Assembly (NCBI GenBank): GCA_002269645.1
Contig: NIVC01003381.1
Coordinates: 1-64,000 of the forward strand
Length of the DNA: 64,000 nt
DNA from: Macrostomum lignano
Lineage: Eukaryota
Reading direction: 5' to 3'
The notes under the pieces were generated by a model. The model did not search any database and had not been told where the DNA came from. It worked only from the letters and a program-made list of their open reading frames with translations. How positions within the stretch are numbered: position 1 is the first letter of the stretch; the number at the start of each line of letters is the position of its first letter. A program made the position numbers and the translations under genes. Below, in pieces: positions 39,004 to 55,290 of this stretch.

Positions 39004-39734
39004 CCATTACTGAGTGACTGAGTTGAGTGACAGAGGTTAGATGCCTGAGTTATAAGTGTCCACTGGGAGTTTCAGAGTGACTGAGAGTGCTAGAAGGAGT
39101 GACAGAGTAGTGAACCCAGTTTGTTTAAGCGTTCAAGAGTGCTAGAAGGAGTGACAGAGTAGTGACAAAATGAAAGAACTGATTCAGCCACCGTTTAAAA
39201 AGCATTGAAATCTGTTATTTTTTATCAGTTGTGAATCTCGCACAGTGCAGACTTTCGACTTGCTCAACCTTTTGCCTCATCATTGAGTAATCTGGAGGCT
39301 GAATGAGTCCACAAAACAATGTTGCGAAACTGCACAGATTCCCTTCTGCATGCTTCATCTCCGTTATCCCATGCTCACCTGCTGTCATTTGGATTCACAA
39401 GTCTGAGAACTCAGTTTAGAACAGACTGCAGACAGGCGGACCGTCTGACTGTTGGGACACATATAATATATATAATATAAATCATATATGCCAAAACCAA
39501 AACTCCATCGCTGATTCTGGAAACTGATAGTGGGGACTTCCCTCCATCATATTTGAGCCCCACCCCTAACTCACTCGTCTTTGCAGTATGCAACATGTGC
39601 CCGGGATGACAGAGCAGAGGTGAGAGGTGAGCCATGCAGCCTAGCTATATATGACTTGGTTTTGATAAAAATTGAGCTAAGCATAAAATAAGTTTTTAAA
39701 GATACTAGTTTTGATGTGGAAAAGTGCTGGCGAA

Positions 39735-41905
39735 GTTGCCAGAAACTTCACAAACTACAGAAACTTCGCAAACTACAGAAACTTCACAAACTACAGAAAC
39801 TTCACAAACTACAGAAACTTCACAAACTACAGAAACTTCACAAACTACAGAAACTTCAAAAACTACAGAAACTTCACAAACTTCAGAAACTTCACAAACT
39901 ACAGATACTTCACAAACTACAGAAACTTCACAAACTACAGAAACTTCACAAACTACAGAAACTTAACAAACTACAGAAACTTCACAAACTACAGAAACTT
40001 CACAAACTACAGAAACTTCAAAACTACAGAAACTTCACAAACTATAGAAACTTCACAAACTACAGAAACTTCACAAACTACAGAAACTTCACAAACTACA
40101 GAAACTTCACAAACTACAGAAATTTCACAAACTACAGAAACTTCACAAACTACAGAAACTTCACAAACTACAGAAACTTCACAAACTATAGAAACTTCAC
40201 AAACTATAGAAACTTCACAAACTATATGAACTTCACAAACTACAGAAACTTCACAAACTACAGAAACTTCACAAACTACAGAAACTTCACAAACTACAGA
40301 AACTTCACAAACTACAGAAACTTCACAAACTACAGAAACTTCACAAACTACAGAAACTTCACAAACTACAGAAACTTCACAAACTACAGAAACTTCACAA
40401 ACTACAGAAACTTCAAAAACTACAGAAACTTCACAAACTTCAGAAACTTCACAAACTACAGATACTTCACAAACTACAGAAACTTCACAAACTACAGAAA
40501 CTTAACAAACTACAGAAACTTAACAAACTACAGAAACTTCACAAACTACAGAAACTTCACAAACTACAGAAACTTCACAAACTACAGAAACTTCACAAAC
40601 TATAGAAACTTCACAAACTACAGAAATTTCACAAACTATAGAAATTTCACAAACTACAGAAACTTCACAAACTACAGAAACTTCATAAACTACAGAAACT
40701 TCACAAACTACAGAAACTTCACAAACTACAGAAACTTCACAAACTACAGAAACTTCACAAACAACAGAAACTTCAAAACTACAGAAACTTCACAAACTAC
40801 AGAAACTTCACAAACTACAGAAACTTCACAAACTATAGAAATTTCACAAACTATAGAAACTTCACAAACTATATAAACTTCACAAACTACAGAAACTTCA
40901 CAAACTACAGAAACTTCACAAACTACAGAAACTTCACAAACTACAGAAACTTCACAAACTACAGAAACTTCACAAACTACAGAAACTTCATAAACTACAG
41001 AAACTTCACAAACTACAGAAACTTCACAAACTACAGAAACTTCACAAACTACAGAAATTTCACAAACTACAGAAACTTCACAAACTACAGAAACTTCACA
41101 AACTACAGAAACTTCACAAACTATAGAAACTTCACAAACTATAGAAACTTCACAAACTATATAAACTTCACAAACTACAGAAACTTCACAAACTACAGAA
41201 ACTTCACAAACTACAGAAACTTCACAAACTACAGAAACTTCACAAACTACAGAAACTTCACAAACTACAGAAACTTCACAAACTACAGAAACTTCACAAA
41301 CTACAGAAACTTCACAAACTACAGAAACTTCACAAACTACAGAAACTTCACAAACTACAGAAACTTCACAAACTACAGAAACTTCACAAACTATAGAAAC
41401 TTCACAAACTACAGAAACTTCACAAACTAAAGAAATTTCTCAAACTACAGAAACTTCACAAACTACAGAAACTTCATAAACTACAGAAACTTCACAAACT
41501 ATAGAAACTTCACAAACTACAGAAACTTCACAAACTACAGAAACTTCACAAACTACAGAAATTTCACAAACTACAGAAATTTCACAAACTACAGAAACTT
41601 CACAAACTACAGAAACTTCACAAACTATAGAAACTTCACAAACTACAGAAATTTCACAAACTACAGAAATTTCACAAACTACAGAAACTTCACAAACTAC
41701 AGAAACTTCATAAACTACAGAAACTTCACAAACTATAGAAACTTCACAAACTACAGAAACTTCACAAACTACAGAAACTTCACAAACAACAGAAACTTCA
41801 CAAACTACAGAAACTTCACAAACTACAGAAACTTCACAAACTATATAAACTTCACAAACTACAGAAACTTCACAAACTACAGAAACTTCACAAACTACAG
41901 AAACT
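39735..41905. repeat. 18-bp minisatellite (agaaacttcacaaactac), about 120 copies
   Basis: Tandem copies. Confidence 0.97.
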
Positions 41906-42999
41906 AGAAGAAGCGGGCCAGATGACCCTTCAAAAGCTAGCCATAACTTATGCTGGCCTCTTTTGTTGGATTCATCGCCGTCTGTCGGGCTCGAAAATTC
42001 TTTAAAAACTTTCTCGCTCTACCTGCCAGACTGGCTGGATGCGTGCCGTTCCCGTTCATATCTGTGCTCATGATCTCGCCGCGGATGACCAACTATCTAT
42101 AAGCCCGCAATAATCACAGTCATAACTCTATAGCAATATATGGTTGACTTGTTGACAACGGACTGCTCCAGTTCACCGTACACTACATACATACATCAAT
42201 AAACCACACATTCCACTTGACATGCCAGAGTCTCATAATGTAAAGTAGAGGCAAAACCCGATCATTTGAGTCTGATAATAAGCTTCCGAGCTAGACAAAA
42301 CATTTACGGTCTCTATGCAGTCAACCGTGTTTACCCTTATATAAGCTATCAATTACCGACATCAATTAAGGCCAGAGACAAGTAGACATACTACATGCTC
42401 AACTAGTTGAGCATCCTATATTTCTCATATTAGTTTCCACTGCCAAGAAGCAGTGGAGGGTATCCCACTTCCCCTATGATCCCGAAAATCAAGGATTGAA
42501 CACGAACGAACAGTTAATAGTTGAGTTGATTGCTAATACTATATAGTTTTCCCAAATATTAGTTGGGATCAGGGCATTCTTCCAGTGTGTGTGGGTGTTG
42601 TGGGCGGAGTTGGCGGGGCATCTAGAATGGATCCATCTTGACGGCACCAAAACTCTGTCACATGTTCGAATCTGCGTTTCGAGCACAGACTGTATTCGGG
42701 AGCTGTAATTAAGCAGTAACTACAGTACGACTAACTCATAACTTTTACTTTTTTAGGTCTGTGAAATTAGAGGTTTGTTCACCAAAAGTTGCAACAAAAT
42801 TATGTTCTTTTTTCAACAAGAAACTAAATGAAGTTTTTGACTAAAAATAATAAGGGCTCCAATGTTGACAAACGGTGATACTTTTTTCGGCTTTTCATAT
42901 GATAAGCATGAAGTCATGTGAGTGAAAATAATCAATGCAAATCTTTGCTCTTTTTTAACTAAGCGAATGGGTGCTACTTCTACGAATTTATGGGCTATC

Positions 43000-44035
43000 C
43001 CGGATAGAGTCAGTAGGTTAGCTTCAGTCAGTAGGATAGAGTCAGTAGGTTAGCTTCAGTCAGTAGGATAGAGTCAGTAGGATAGAGTCAGTAGGATAGA
43101 GTCAGTAGGATAGAGTCAGTAGGATAGAGTCAGTAGGATAGAGTCAGTAGGATAGAGTCAGTAGGATAGAGTCAGTAGGTTAGCTTCAGTCAGTAGGATA
43201 GAGTCAGTAGGTTAGCTTCAGTCAGTAGGATAGAGTCAGTAGGTTAGCTTCAGTCAGTAGGATAGAGTCAGTAGGATAGAGTCAGTAGGATAGTCAGTAG
43301 GATAGAGTCAGTAGGACAGAGTCAGTAGGATAGAGTCAGTAGGATAGAGTCAGTAGGATAGAGTCAGTAGGATAGAGTCAGTAGGATAGAGTCAGTAGGA
43401 TAGAGTCAGTAGGATAGAGTCAGTAGGATAGAGTCAGTAGGATAGAGTCAGTAGGATAGAGTCAGTAGGATAGTCAGTAGGATAGAGTCAGTAGGATAGA
43501 GTCAGTAGGATAGAGTCAGTAGGATAGAGTCAGTAGGATAGAGTCAGTAGGATAGAGTCAGTAGGATAGAGTCAGTAGGATAGAGTCAGTAGGATAGAGT
43601 CAGTAGGATAGAGTCAGTAGGTTAGCTTCAGTCAGTAGGATAGAGTCAGTAGGTTAGCTTCAGTCAGTAGGATAGAGTCAGTAGGATAGAGTCAGTAGGA
43701 TAGAGTCAGTAGGTTAGCTTCAGTCAGTAGGATAGAGTCAGTAGGATAGAGTCAGTAGGATAGAGTCAGTAGGTTAGCTTCAGTCAGTAGGATAGAGTCA
43801 GTAGGATAGAGTCAGTAGGATAGAGTCAGTAGGATAGAGTCAGTAGGATAGAGTCAGTAGGATAGAGTCAGTAGGATAGAGTCAGTAGGATAGAGTCAGT
43901 AGGATAGAGTCAGTAGGATAGTCAGTAGAATAGAGTCAGTAGGATAGTCAGTAGGATAGAGTCAGTAGGATAGAGTCAGTAGGATAGTCAGTAGGATAGA
44001 GTCAGTAGGATGGAGTCAGTAGGATAGAGTCAGCA
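43000..44035. repeat. 14-bp minisatellite (gtaggatagagtca) with 18-bp and 12-bp variants
   Basis: Tandem copies. Confidence 0.95.
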
Positions 44036-44278
44036 CGAGAATGAATCCCAGATCTCGCAGTCAGACAGGCGCACTGGCAGTGTTGGCCAGTCACCCCTCT
44101 TCATAAATTATTCTCAATCGTTAATTTACAATGTCCCGCTAGCCACAAGGCGGGAGTTGCCACCCGTCGAGTTTGGAGCAACTCCACAAGAAAAGAATTT
44201 ATTTTCATTGTTCAAAATTATTCGGCCAGTTTGCTAATTGATACTGACACCCGGCAGTCCAGCCTCCTCCATCCTTCA

Positions 44279-44374
<96 letters not shown>

Positions 44375-45164
44375 CTACGGTTATCTATTAATAATTGGCT
44401 TGACCGCGGAGCACTGCAGGTGTCTCCCTCGCCAGTGGACACTCAGTGGGCGAGGAAATACGCCATATGCCCTAAGTAGCTGAGCTCCCTGGGCTATTAG
44501 GAATCCTGTTCAGCTCCCAAGTTTTGGGAGAAACACGAGAGAGATCAAATGGTTGGAGCCCGGTGTGGTCTGACATTAGAAAGTTTGCTTACAACAGGTG
44601 CAAAATTTGTACAGAGTTGAACTTGGCTGAGCAGGAAGAAAGGGGAGAATTCGTTACTTTTGCTACAGTGGAGTGTGGGAAGGGGTCGGTGGGTTTAACG
44701 CGATCACGCGCGCTTGAGCCCCCCCCCCCTGAGGCTAGGTGTGGGAGCACAGCATCACCTGCCGCCTCATTTGCTTTAGTTTGAAGAGATATAGCCCGCC
44801 GCTAGCAAAAGAAAAAAACTCCCACCTCCCCCTAAATCCATCGCTGCAATCTCCCTACACCCTCTGTAAGATAATATTTATGGGAAAATTGAAATAAAAA
44901 TCTCCTAAACACGTGTTTTCAGCTTGTCATCTGTCAACCGAAGCCAGTGTGTCAGTAATGAACTGGTAGAATTCAACCACTTTTTTAGCATCTGGCTACA
45001 TTGTGCGATTCTAACAGGCCGGCTTCAGTCGGACAGACGTCTGCAGATGCCAGGGCCAGTGTTTCTGTATAAATCATAACTCGGCTCAAGAGATGGGTTT
45101 TTAATTTTCGGGGGTTGATTCGGGACTCCCCCGAGGCCAGCTGACCCTTTGACCCCCTTGCATC

Positions 45165-46395
45165 CTGCACGCTTGTGCCAGTGTGTGCTAATCAATCTGC
45201 ACGCTTGTGCCAGTGTGTGATAATCAATCTGCACGCTTGTGTCAGTGTGTGCTAATCAATCTGCACGCTTGTGCCAGTGTGTGCTAGTCAATCTGCACGC
45301 TTGTGCCAGTGTGAGCTAGTCAATCTGCATTCTGCACGCTTGGGCCAATGAGTGCTAGTCAATCTGCATTCTGCACGCTTGGGCCAATGTGTGCTAGTCA
45401 ATCTGCACGCTTGTGCCAGTGTGTGCTAATCAATCTGCACGCTTGTGCCAGTGTGAGCTAATCAATCTGCATTCTGCACGCTTGGGCCAATGTGTGCTAA
45501 TCAATCTGCACGCTTGTGCCAGTGTGTGCTAATCAATCTGCACGCTTGTGCCAGTGTGTGCTAATCAATCTGCACGCTTGTGCCAGTGTGTGCTAATCAA
45601 TCTGCACGCTTGTGTCAGTGTGTGCTAATCAATCTGCACGCTTGTGCCAGTGTGTGCTAGTCAATCTGCACGCTTGTGCCAGTGTGAGCTAGTCAATCTG
45701 CATTCTGCACGCTTGGGCCAATGAGTGCTAGTCAATCTGCATTCTGCACGCTTGGGCCAATGTGTGCTAGTCAATCTGCACGCTTGTGCCAGTGTGTGCT
45801 AGTCAATCTGCACGCTTGTGCCAGTGTGAGCTAGTCAATCTGCATTCTGCACGCTTGGGCCAATGAGTGCTAGTCAATCTGCATTCTGCACGCTTGGGCC
45901 AATGTGTGCTAGTCAATCTGCACGCTTGTGCCAGTGTGTGCTAATCAATCTGCACGCTTGTGCCAGTGTGAGCTAATCAATCTGCATTCTGCACGCTTGG
46001 GCCAATGTGTGCTAATCAATCTGCATGCTTGTGCCAGTGTGTGCTAATCAATCTGCACGCTTGTGCCAGTGTGTGCTAATCAATCTGCACGCTTGTGCCA
46101 GTGTGTGCTAATCAATCTGCACGCTTGTGCCAGTGTGTGCTAATCAATCTGCACGCTTGTGCCAGTGTGTGCTAGTCAATCTGCACGCTTGTGCCAGTGT
46201 GTGCTAATCAATCTGCACGCTTGTGCCAGTGTGTGCTAATCAATCTGCACGCTTGTGCCAGTGTGTGCTAATCAATCTGCACGCTTGTGCCAGTGTGTGC
46301 TAATCAATCTGCACGCTTGTGCCAGTGTGTGCTAGTCAATCTGCACGCTTGTGCCAGTGTGTGCTAATCAATCTGCACGCTTGTGTCAGTGTGCG
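45165..46395. repeat. 32-bp minisatellite (tgcacgcttgtgccagtgtgtgctaatcaatc)
   Basis: Tandem copies, with a 38-bp variant. Confidence 0.95.
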
Positions 46396-46558
46396 CCTAA
46401 ATCACTGATTGGAAATTGAAAATGTGCACTTAATCAGGCATCCTAAGAAATCATTAGAAAGGATTTTTGTAATCTTCAGAGATTTCAGCCCAAAGTTTCT
46501 CAGCCAGTTGAGCATCATAAACTGATCGGTCAACTGTCAAAAGTCATTACTATTATTA

Positions 46559-46849
<291 letters not shown>

Positions 46850-46854
46850 TCATG

Positions 46855-47390
46855 TTTATTTGGTGCCTCCTTCATCATTTGACGCTTCCTCTATCATTTG
46901 GCGCCTCCTTATCACTTGGCGCCTGCCTCATTCAATATTTGGCGCCTCATACATCATTTGGCGCCTCATTCATCAGTTAGCGCCCCATTCATCAGTTAGC
47001 GCCTCATTCATCAGTTGGCGCCGTCTTCATCATTTGGCGGCTCTTCATTATTTGGTGCCTCCATCATTTGGCGCCGCCTTCATCATTTGGCGCCGCCTTC
47101 ATCATTTGGCGCCGCCTTCATCATTTGGCGCCGCCTTCATCATTTGGCGCCGCTTTCATCATTTGGCGCCTCATTCATTATTTTGCGCCTGCCTCATTCA
47201 TAATTATAATTATTTGGCGCCTCCATCATTTGGCGCCTCCATCATTTGGCGCCTCCATCATTTGGCGCCTCCATCATTTGGCGCCTCCATCATTTGGCGC
47301 CTCCATCATTTAGCGCCTCCTGATCACTTGGCGCCTGCCTCTTCATCTTTTGGCGCCTCCTGATCACTTGGCGCCTGCCTCTTCATCATT
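46855..47390. repeat. 16-19-bp degenerate array (catcatttggcgcctc)
   Basis: Tandem copies. Confidence 0.9.
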
Positions 47391-48489
47391 ACGCGCGAAG
47401 TCTTATCAGCGTTCGACGTTCAACGTTTAAAATCTCTTCAAAATCAGGTTAGGCACTACAGTGCGATATTTTCATCATCATAAAGTATCTTCGTTAGGTA
47501 TTTCTAAAAATAGACTCAGTCAGATTCCGGGCTTATAAAAAGAATATTTTGAACAGCTAAAATCCGTTTGACTTTGACTCATCCCCCCCCCCCATTGTCC
47601 GCCTGGTCCGGAGAGACGGGGACAAAACAGTTAATTAGTGGACTCCAGCTTGGCAACACACGGCGCCAGCCTCAGATTACCTGTCTGCCTAGCTAAATGC
47701 AGATGGCTTCCGTGATTCCCGGGGCCCCTCCCTGCCCCGTCGAATTCCTTCACTACTACAGCAGCGTCATTCAAATGGAAGCAACAGCGGCCGCCCTATG
47801 CTGACACAATTCAGCCAAGCAAGAAAAACGGTGCTTTTAAGGCCAACCGACTTCGCCTTATCTTCCAGTTTGTTGAAGCGTGCCCGGAGCTCGATCTCAG
47901 ATGAGGCGGGGTGGGTATTAGGTGTCGGACCTTCTGTTCTCACATCGGCCATTGGGCTTGTCTTATCAAACACGTGGTTTTTCTGTGTCTTCTGCTCCCC
48001 CCCACGGATCAACTGGGCGACAGACGGCCGAGTGAAAGTGCGGGGCCGCCCCAGCAATCGGGCCCGATGATCTTCTTGCCAATCTGACAAGTCTTTGTGT
48101 GCCTCTGAGCACTGATCTGGGCGGTCATCCATCTCAATTAGTGCCACAGAACTGTTTGTTGTCGTCTGTCAGGTCGACTCAGTTTAGATTTGTGCATATA
48201 TAGCTATCCAGTTGACATACGGGGGCAGGGGATAGCTTGTTTCCTGTTCGAGGCGCGATAAGAACTCTGTTAATAATAGATTGAAATATATTTATTATAT
48301 ATTATAGATCAAAATCAGGTAGCCGATGCAATAATTCGCTTTATTTTGAATTAGAAGTATCCGAAATATCATCATATTTGAAATCGAGTTATTTATATAC
48401 GGTAGTAAGTCAGATAATTGGTCCATTACTTGGAATTATCCATCTCTGTTGTGCTGCAATGATTTCAGTGTGTAGGCTGCCTCTGTGAA

Positions 48490-49640
48490 ACACGGATCAG
48501 AGAGACTGGAGTGACGGATCATAGAGAGTAGAGTGAGGGATCAGAGAGACTGGAGTGACGAATCATAGAGAGTAGAGTGAGGGATCATAGAGACTGGAGT
48601 GACGGATCATAGAGAGTAGAGTGAGGGACCATAGAGACTGGAGTGACGGATCAAAGAGAGTAAGGTGAGGGATCATAGAGACTGAAGTGACGGATCATAG
48701 AGACTGAAGTGACGGATCATAGAGACTGAAGTGACAGATCATAGAGACTGGAGTGACAGATCATAGAGACTGAAGTGACGGATCATAGAGACTGGAGTGA
48801 CGGATCATAGAGACTGGAGTGACGGATCATAGAGACTGGAGTGACGGATCATAGAGAGTAGAGTGAGGGATCATAGAGACTGGAGTGACGGATCAAAGAG
48901 AGTAAGGTGAGGGATCATAGAGACTGAAGTGACGGATCATAGAGACTGAAGTGACGGATCATAGAGACTGAAGTGACAGATCATAGAGACTGGAGTGACA
49001 GATCATAGAGACTGAAGTGACGGATCATAGAGACTGGAGTGACGGATCATAAAGACTGGAGTGACGAATCATAGAGAGTAGAGTGAGGGATCATAGAGAC
49101 TGGAGTGACGGATCATAAAGACTGGAGTGACGGATCATAAAGAGTAGAGTGAGGGATCATAGAGACTGGAGTGACGGATCATAAAGACTGGAGTGACGGA
49201 TCATAAAGACTGGAGTGACGGATCATAGAGACTGGAGTGACGGATCATAAAGACTGAAGTGACGGATCATAGAGAGTAGAGTGAGGGATCATAGAGACTG
49301 GAGTGACGGATCATAGAGACTGGAGTGACGGATCATAGAGAGTAGAGTGAGGGATCATAGAGACTGGAGTGACGGATCAAAGAGAGTAAGGTGAGGGATC
49401 ATAGAGACTGAAGTGACGGATCATAGAGACTGAAGTGACAGATCATAGAGACTGGAGTGACAGATCATAGAGACTGAAGTGACGGATCATAGAGACTGGA
49501 GTGACGGATCATAGAGACTGGAGTGACGGATCATAGAGACTGGAGTGACGGATCATGGAGAGTAAAGTGAAGAATCATACGGACTAGACTCTAGGGTCAT
49601 AGAAAACAAAGTGAGGGATAATAGAGAGCAGAGTGAGGCA
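48490..49640. repeat. 22-bp minisatellite (gagactggagtgacggatcata)
   Basis: Tandem copies. Confidence 0.95.
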
Positions 49641-50154
49641 TCACAGTGAGTTCAGAGCAGGACTCACCGAAACTGCTCCACTTGATCATAGGGGACACTG
49701 CCAGGAATGTAAATGTAGTGATAGTGGCAGCAGGGCTCTCGAACTCCTCGATGCTTCGCGTGCTTACGAGCTTTTCTACAATCGATTGAACGAAAAATGA
49801 ACACATTTCCTGCTCTACTATCAGTAGTACTAAGAAAGCAAGTTTTATTGGGACCGCCGATACCTGCAATCGGAGCAGCTGATGCGAAATGGGCAGCATA
49901 TTAAAATCCAAGGCATGTTTATATAACAGAATTTACAAATTTATTCAATTTTTTTATGTTATTAAATGGTTAAAAAAGCTGACTGGAGACAGTGGAGCAC
50001 AATGTGCTCAATTTATGCCAAGTTAGGCCATTAGGTACTACCTTTCATATTTTCAGTTATGGCGTTATTCGGAGGCTATATATGATGCAGCTCGTATACG
50101 GTAGTGCCACAGTGATAAATTCTTCACGAGAGTAAGTTTTGCCATTAAGAGGGC

Positions 50155-50470
50155 ATTTGGGGTGCCTAAATGGACATTGGGGTGCCTAAATGGACATTGG
50201 GGTGCCGAAATGGACATTGGGGTGCCGAAATGAACATTGGGGTGCGGAAATGGACATTGGGTGCCGAAATGGACATTGGGTGCCGAAATGGACATTGGGG
50301 TGCCGAAATGGACATTGGGGTGCGGAAATGGACATTGGGTGCCGAAATGGACATTGGGTGCCGAAATGGACATTGGGGTGCCGAAATGGACATTGGGGTG
50401 CCGAAATGGACATTGGGGTGCCGAAATGGACATTGGGGTGCCGAAATGGACATTGGGGTGCCGAAATCGA
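50155..50470. repeat. 20-bp minisatellite (tggacattggggtgccgaaa)
   Basis: Tandem copies. Confidence 0.95.
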
Positions 50471-50785
50471 CATGAAAATTTTGGCTACTTTAAACCTTGA
50501 ATTTGTTAGAACAATGGCCTCTGAGATCCACTCAAATAGACACCAAGTAGTGCCTAGAAAATTTCTTTTATGTAATTTCTTGGAATTGGAAAGCCAAGGG
50601 TTGCTATTTTTATCTCTGATGTTGGAAACTGGACTGCACCATTTAATAATAGAATTGAGTACAAAAAGCTGCATAATATTCGTTATCCACTACAGTTAAA
50701 ATATTGCAGCTGAGTTTACTGAGATGCATGAGATTACATGAGTTAATTGATGAGATTTCAAAGGTTCACGGGGGGGGGAATTGCC

Positions 50786-51013
50786 GTGACTGACTGACTG
50801 ACTGACTGACTGACTGACTGACTGACTGACTGACTGACTGACTGACTGACTGACTGACTGACTGACTGACTGACTGACTGACTGACTGACTGACTGACTG
50901 ACTGACTGACTGACTGACTGACTGACTGACTGACTGACTGACTGACTGACTGACTGACTGACTGACTGACTGACTGACTGACTGACTGACTGACTGACTG
51001 ACTGACTGACTGA
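50786..51013. repeat. (ACTG)n microsatellite
   Basis: Pure tract. Confidence 0.97.
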
Positions 51014-51433
51014 CAGTGATGATAAGCTATGATATTTTAATGGAAGCTTCTTCCGGCGACACTACTAACAACAGGCATAGGACAATTTTCATTTTAAAAA
51101 ATCTAAAACCATTCATTTCAATAACTATATGGTTTGAAAAACTTTCAGTAAAAATGATTACTATATTAGCAAGATGCTACTGATTGCATCAAAGCGTTAG
51201 GCTTGTATTTCACAAATTTTCGCGTGCGATCTCAATTTACATGAAAACCAAAGAAAACAAAAGCAACAGGCAAAAGAGAGCAGAAAATCAGCGGAATTTG
51301 AAAGGCCAACAGACCAAAAGCGCACACAAGCCAACTACAGTCAATACTGGAGAAGCAGATGAGAGGTAAAATCGGACACCTAACAACTTGTGATGTCAGC
51401 TGGCAGCAGAAATGTGATGTAACTACTAGAGTG

Positions 51434-52882
<1,449 letters not shown>

Positions 52883-53389
52883 GTTTCTCAATCGACAATA
52901 AAATTTTCAATGGAAAAATTTCGCTTTCAAATTCTGCAAAGAGCGTTGGAAGGCAGATTATTTATTTTAACGCGGGTTTTAGCGCAGCCTCCGCCATCAC
53001 CCAGGACTCCCATTGGCTGGCAGCCGGCCGACTGGATGGGGCCAGGGCGGAAGGCCTGTCCCTCTGTGCCTGTCGGCTCTGGTGTTGCTTTCCCAATGCT
53101 AATTAGAATAAATTGTTTCTCTCAACAACTTTGATTGCGCAATACGGGGTTCGTTATCAAGCGCCTCCATCTCTTAGCACAGAAGCTTTAACCTGCTATG
53201 CAGGTGTGTTCTCGTCTAATTAAATGTAGGTCGGCAGAACTGGTTTACTTTATTAAGTCTTGGATTATTTTATGGCACCTTTTCTTATCTGAGTTTAAAG
53301 CTTAAAGATGCTGTTAATAAGGCTCTCTACAGGTCTGTTTAAATTGTCCAGTTTTATCGCTTCATTCAATCTCGCTATCTTCATCTCTA

Positions 53390-53643
53390 TTGGTATCTCT
53401 ATCTCAATCTCCCTTGGTCTCACCTAGTCTCTCTCCCTCTGTCCCAGTCTCTCCCAGTATCTATCGATCTCTGTCAGTCTCCCTTCCTCTCTCTCGGTCT
53501 CTCTCGATCTCTGTCAGTCTCTCTCCTTTCCCCTCTCTCAGTCTCTATCGATCTCTGTCTCTCTCTCCCTCCCCCTCTCTACCTCTCTCTCAGTCTCTGT
53601 CGATCTCTGTCAGTCTCTCCCCCCCTCTCTACCTCTCTCTCAG

Positions 53644-53716
<73 letters not shown>

Positions 53717-53830
53717 CTCTGTCCCTCTCTCTCAAATCTCTGTCAGCCTCTCTTCATCTCTGTCAGCCTCTGTATATCTATCAGCCTAATAGATAGAGTC
53801 TCTCTACCTATCCTCCAGTCTCTCTTTTCC
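53390..53830. repeat. CT-rich/(CT)n low-complexity tract upstream of the HAND-like gene
   Basis: Directly visible. Confidence 0.9.
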
Positions 53831-54052
53831 CTCTCTCCCGTCGATTCACATCAATCTATTTTTTTTTCAATGACTAACCCCTTGACTCTATGTTTATAAG
53901 AGCCATTACCATCAGGCTCTCCGCATGACCCCAGATCCAGCCCATCTAAACCAATGCAGTTCATTATAAATGCAGTAACCATGCCGTATGGCAAACCGAA
54001 CGATTACTGCTATCAATTTGCATCAAATTGAATCAAGAATGCAGCGATGCAA

Positions 54053-54090
<38 letters not shown>

Positions 54091-54589
54091 CGCCCAAACT
54101 TCACCAGTGTGTGTTTGTTAAACTATTATTGCGCAACAAGCGGAGAGAGAACTGATGCGCGCCACTTGATGGAGTTGACGTTTGACTGACAGTTCGCTAA
54201 GCCGGGGAGACTTAACGAAAGAGATAGCTGGCAAGAGGAAGAAATCGAGAGCGCTTGGAACAGAATGGGCTGGTAGGAACAAGTCTCGCACTGTTACCTC
54301 TTGACAACCACTGCCAACCACTGTGAGCAAGGGAGTGAATTTCTTTAAATTTTTGCAGTCTCGTAGCAATTAAATTAGTACAGCGTGACGGCGACCCACC
54401 GCCTGACCTTCTTTGTCCCCATGGCGACAAAGTGGCCCGTGGAAAAGTTAAATACTCCAGAGGGTTAGATGAACACTACATAGATTGTTCATAGACAGTC
54501 AAAGTACGGAAAATTAAAACACGGGTCATACATAATTGAAACACCATAGACAATAACAGTCAACACGTAAGCCGTAGACAATCAACAGA

Positions 54590-55290
54590 TTAGCCTTAGA
54601 CAATCAAACATAGGCCATAGACAATCCACAAATAAGCCATAGACAATTAAACTCGTTAGCCATCGGCAATTAAACATATAGGCCATAGACAATCAACTCG
54701 TTAGCCACCGACAATTAAACATATAGGCCATAGACAATCAACTCGTTAGCCATCGACAATTAAACATATAGGCCATAGACAATCAACTCGTTAGCCATCG
54801 ACAATTAAACATATAGGCCATAGACAATCAACTCGTTAGCCATCAGCAATTAAACAGCAATTAAACATATAGGCCATAGACAATCAACTCGTTAGCCATC
54901 GACAATTAAACATATAGGCCATAGACAATCAACTCGTTAGCCATCAGCAATTAAACAGCAATTAAACATATAGGCCATAGACAATCAACTCGTTAGCCAT
55001 CGACAATTAAACATATAGGCCATAGACAATTAAACTCGTTAGCCATCGGCAATTAAACATATAGGCCATAGACAATCAACTCGTTAGCCGCCGACAATTA
55101 AACATATAGGCCATAGACAATCAACTCGTTAGCCATCAGCAATTAAACAGCAATTAAACATATAGGCCATAGACAATCAACTCGTTAGCCATCGACAATT
55201 AAACATATAGGCCATAGACAATCAACTCGTTAGCCATCAGCAATTAAACATATAGGCCATAGACAATCAACACATTAGCCATAGACAGTG
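54590..55290. repeat. About 45-bp minisatellite
   Basis: ccatagacaatcaactcgttagccatcgacaattaaacatatagg units; flanked by the 17-bp direct repeat TTAAAACACGGGTCATA (54514 and 55311). Confidence 0.93.

Noticed and set aside
42598-42686. A-box-like TGGGCGGAGTTGG plus B-box GTTCGAATC
   Set aside because: No T-stem or acceptor stem can be folded; at most a decayed tRNA-SINE head.
44957-45025. AATGAACTGGTAGAATTCA resembles miR-183/263a
   Set aside because: The seed (AUGGCAC) is broken and only about 10 bp pair; not a Drosha-type hairpin.
47767-48147. 126-aa minus-strand ORF between Olig and the HAND-like gene
   Set aside because: Non-ATG start, no recognisable domain and no convincing splice sites.
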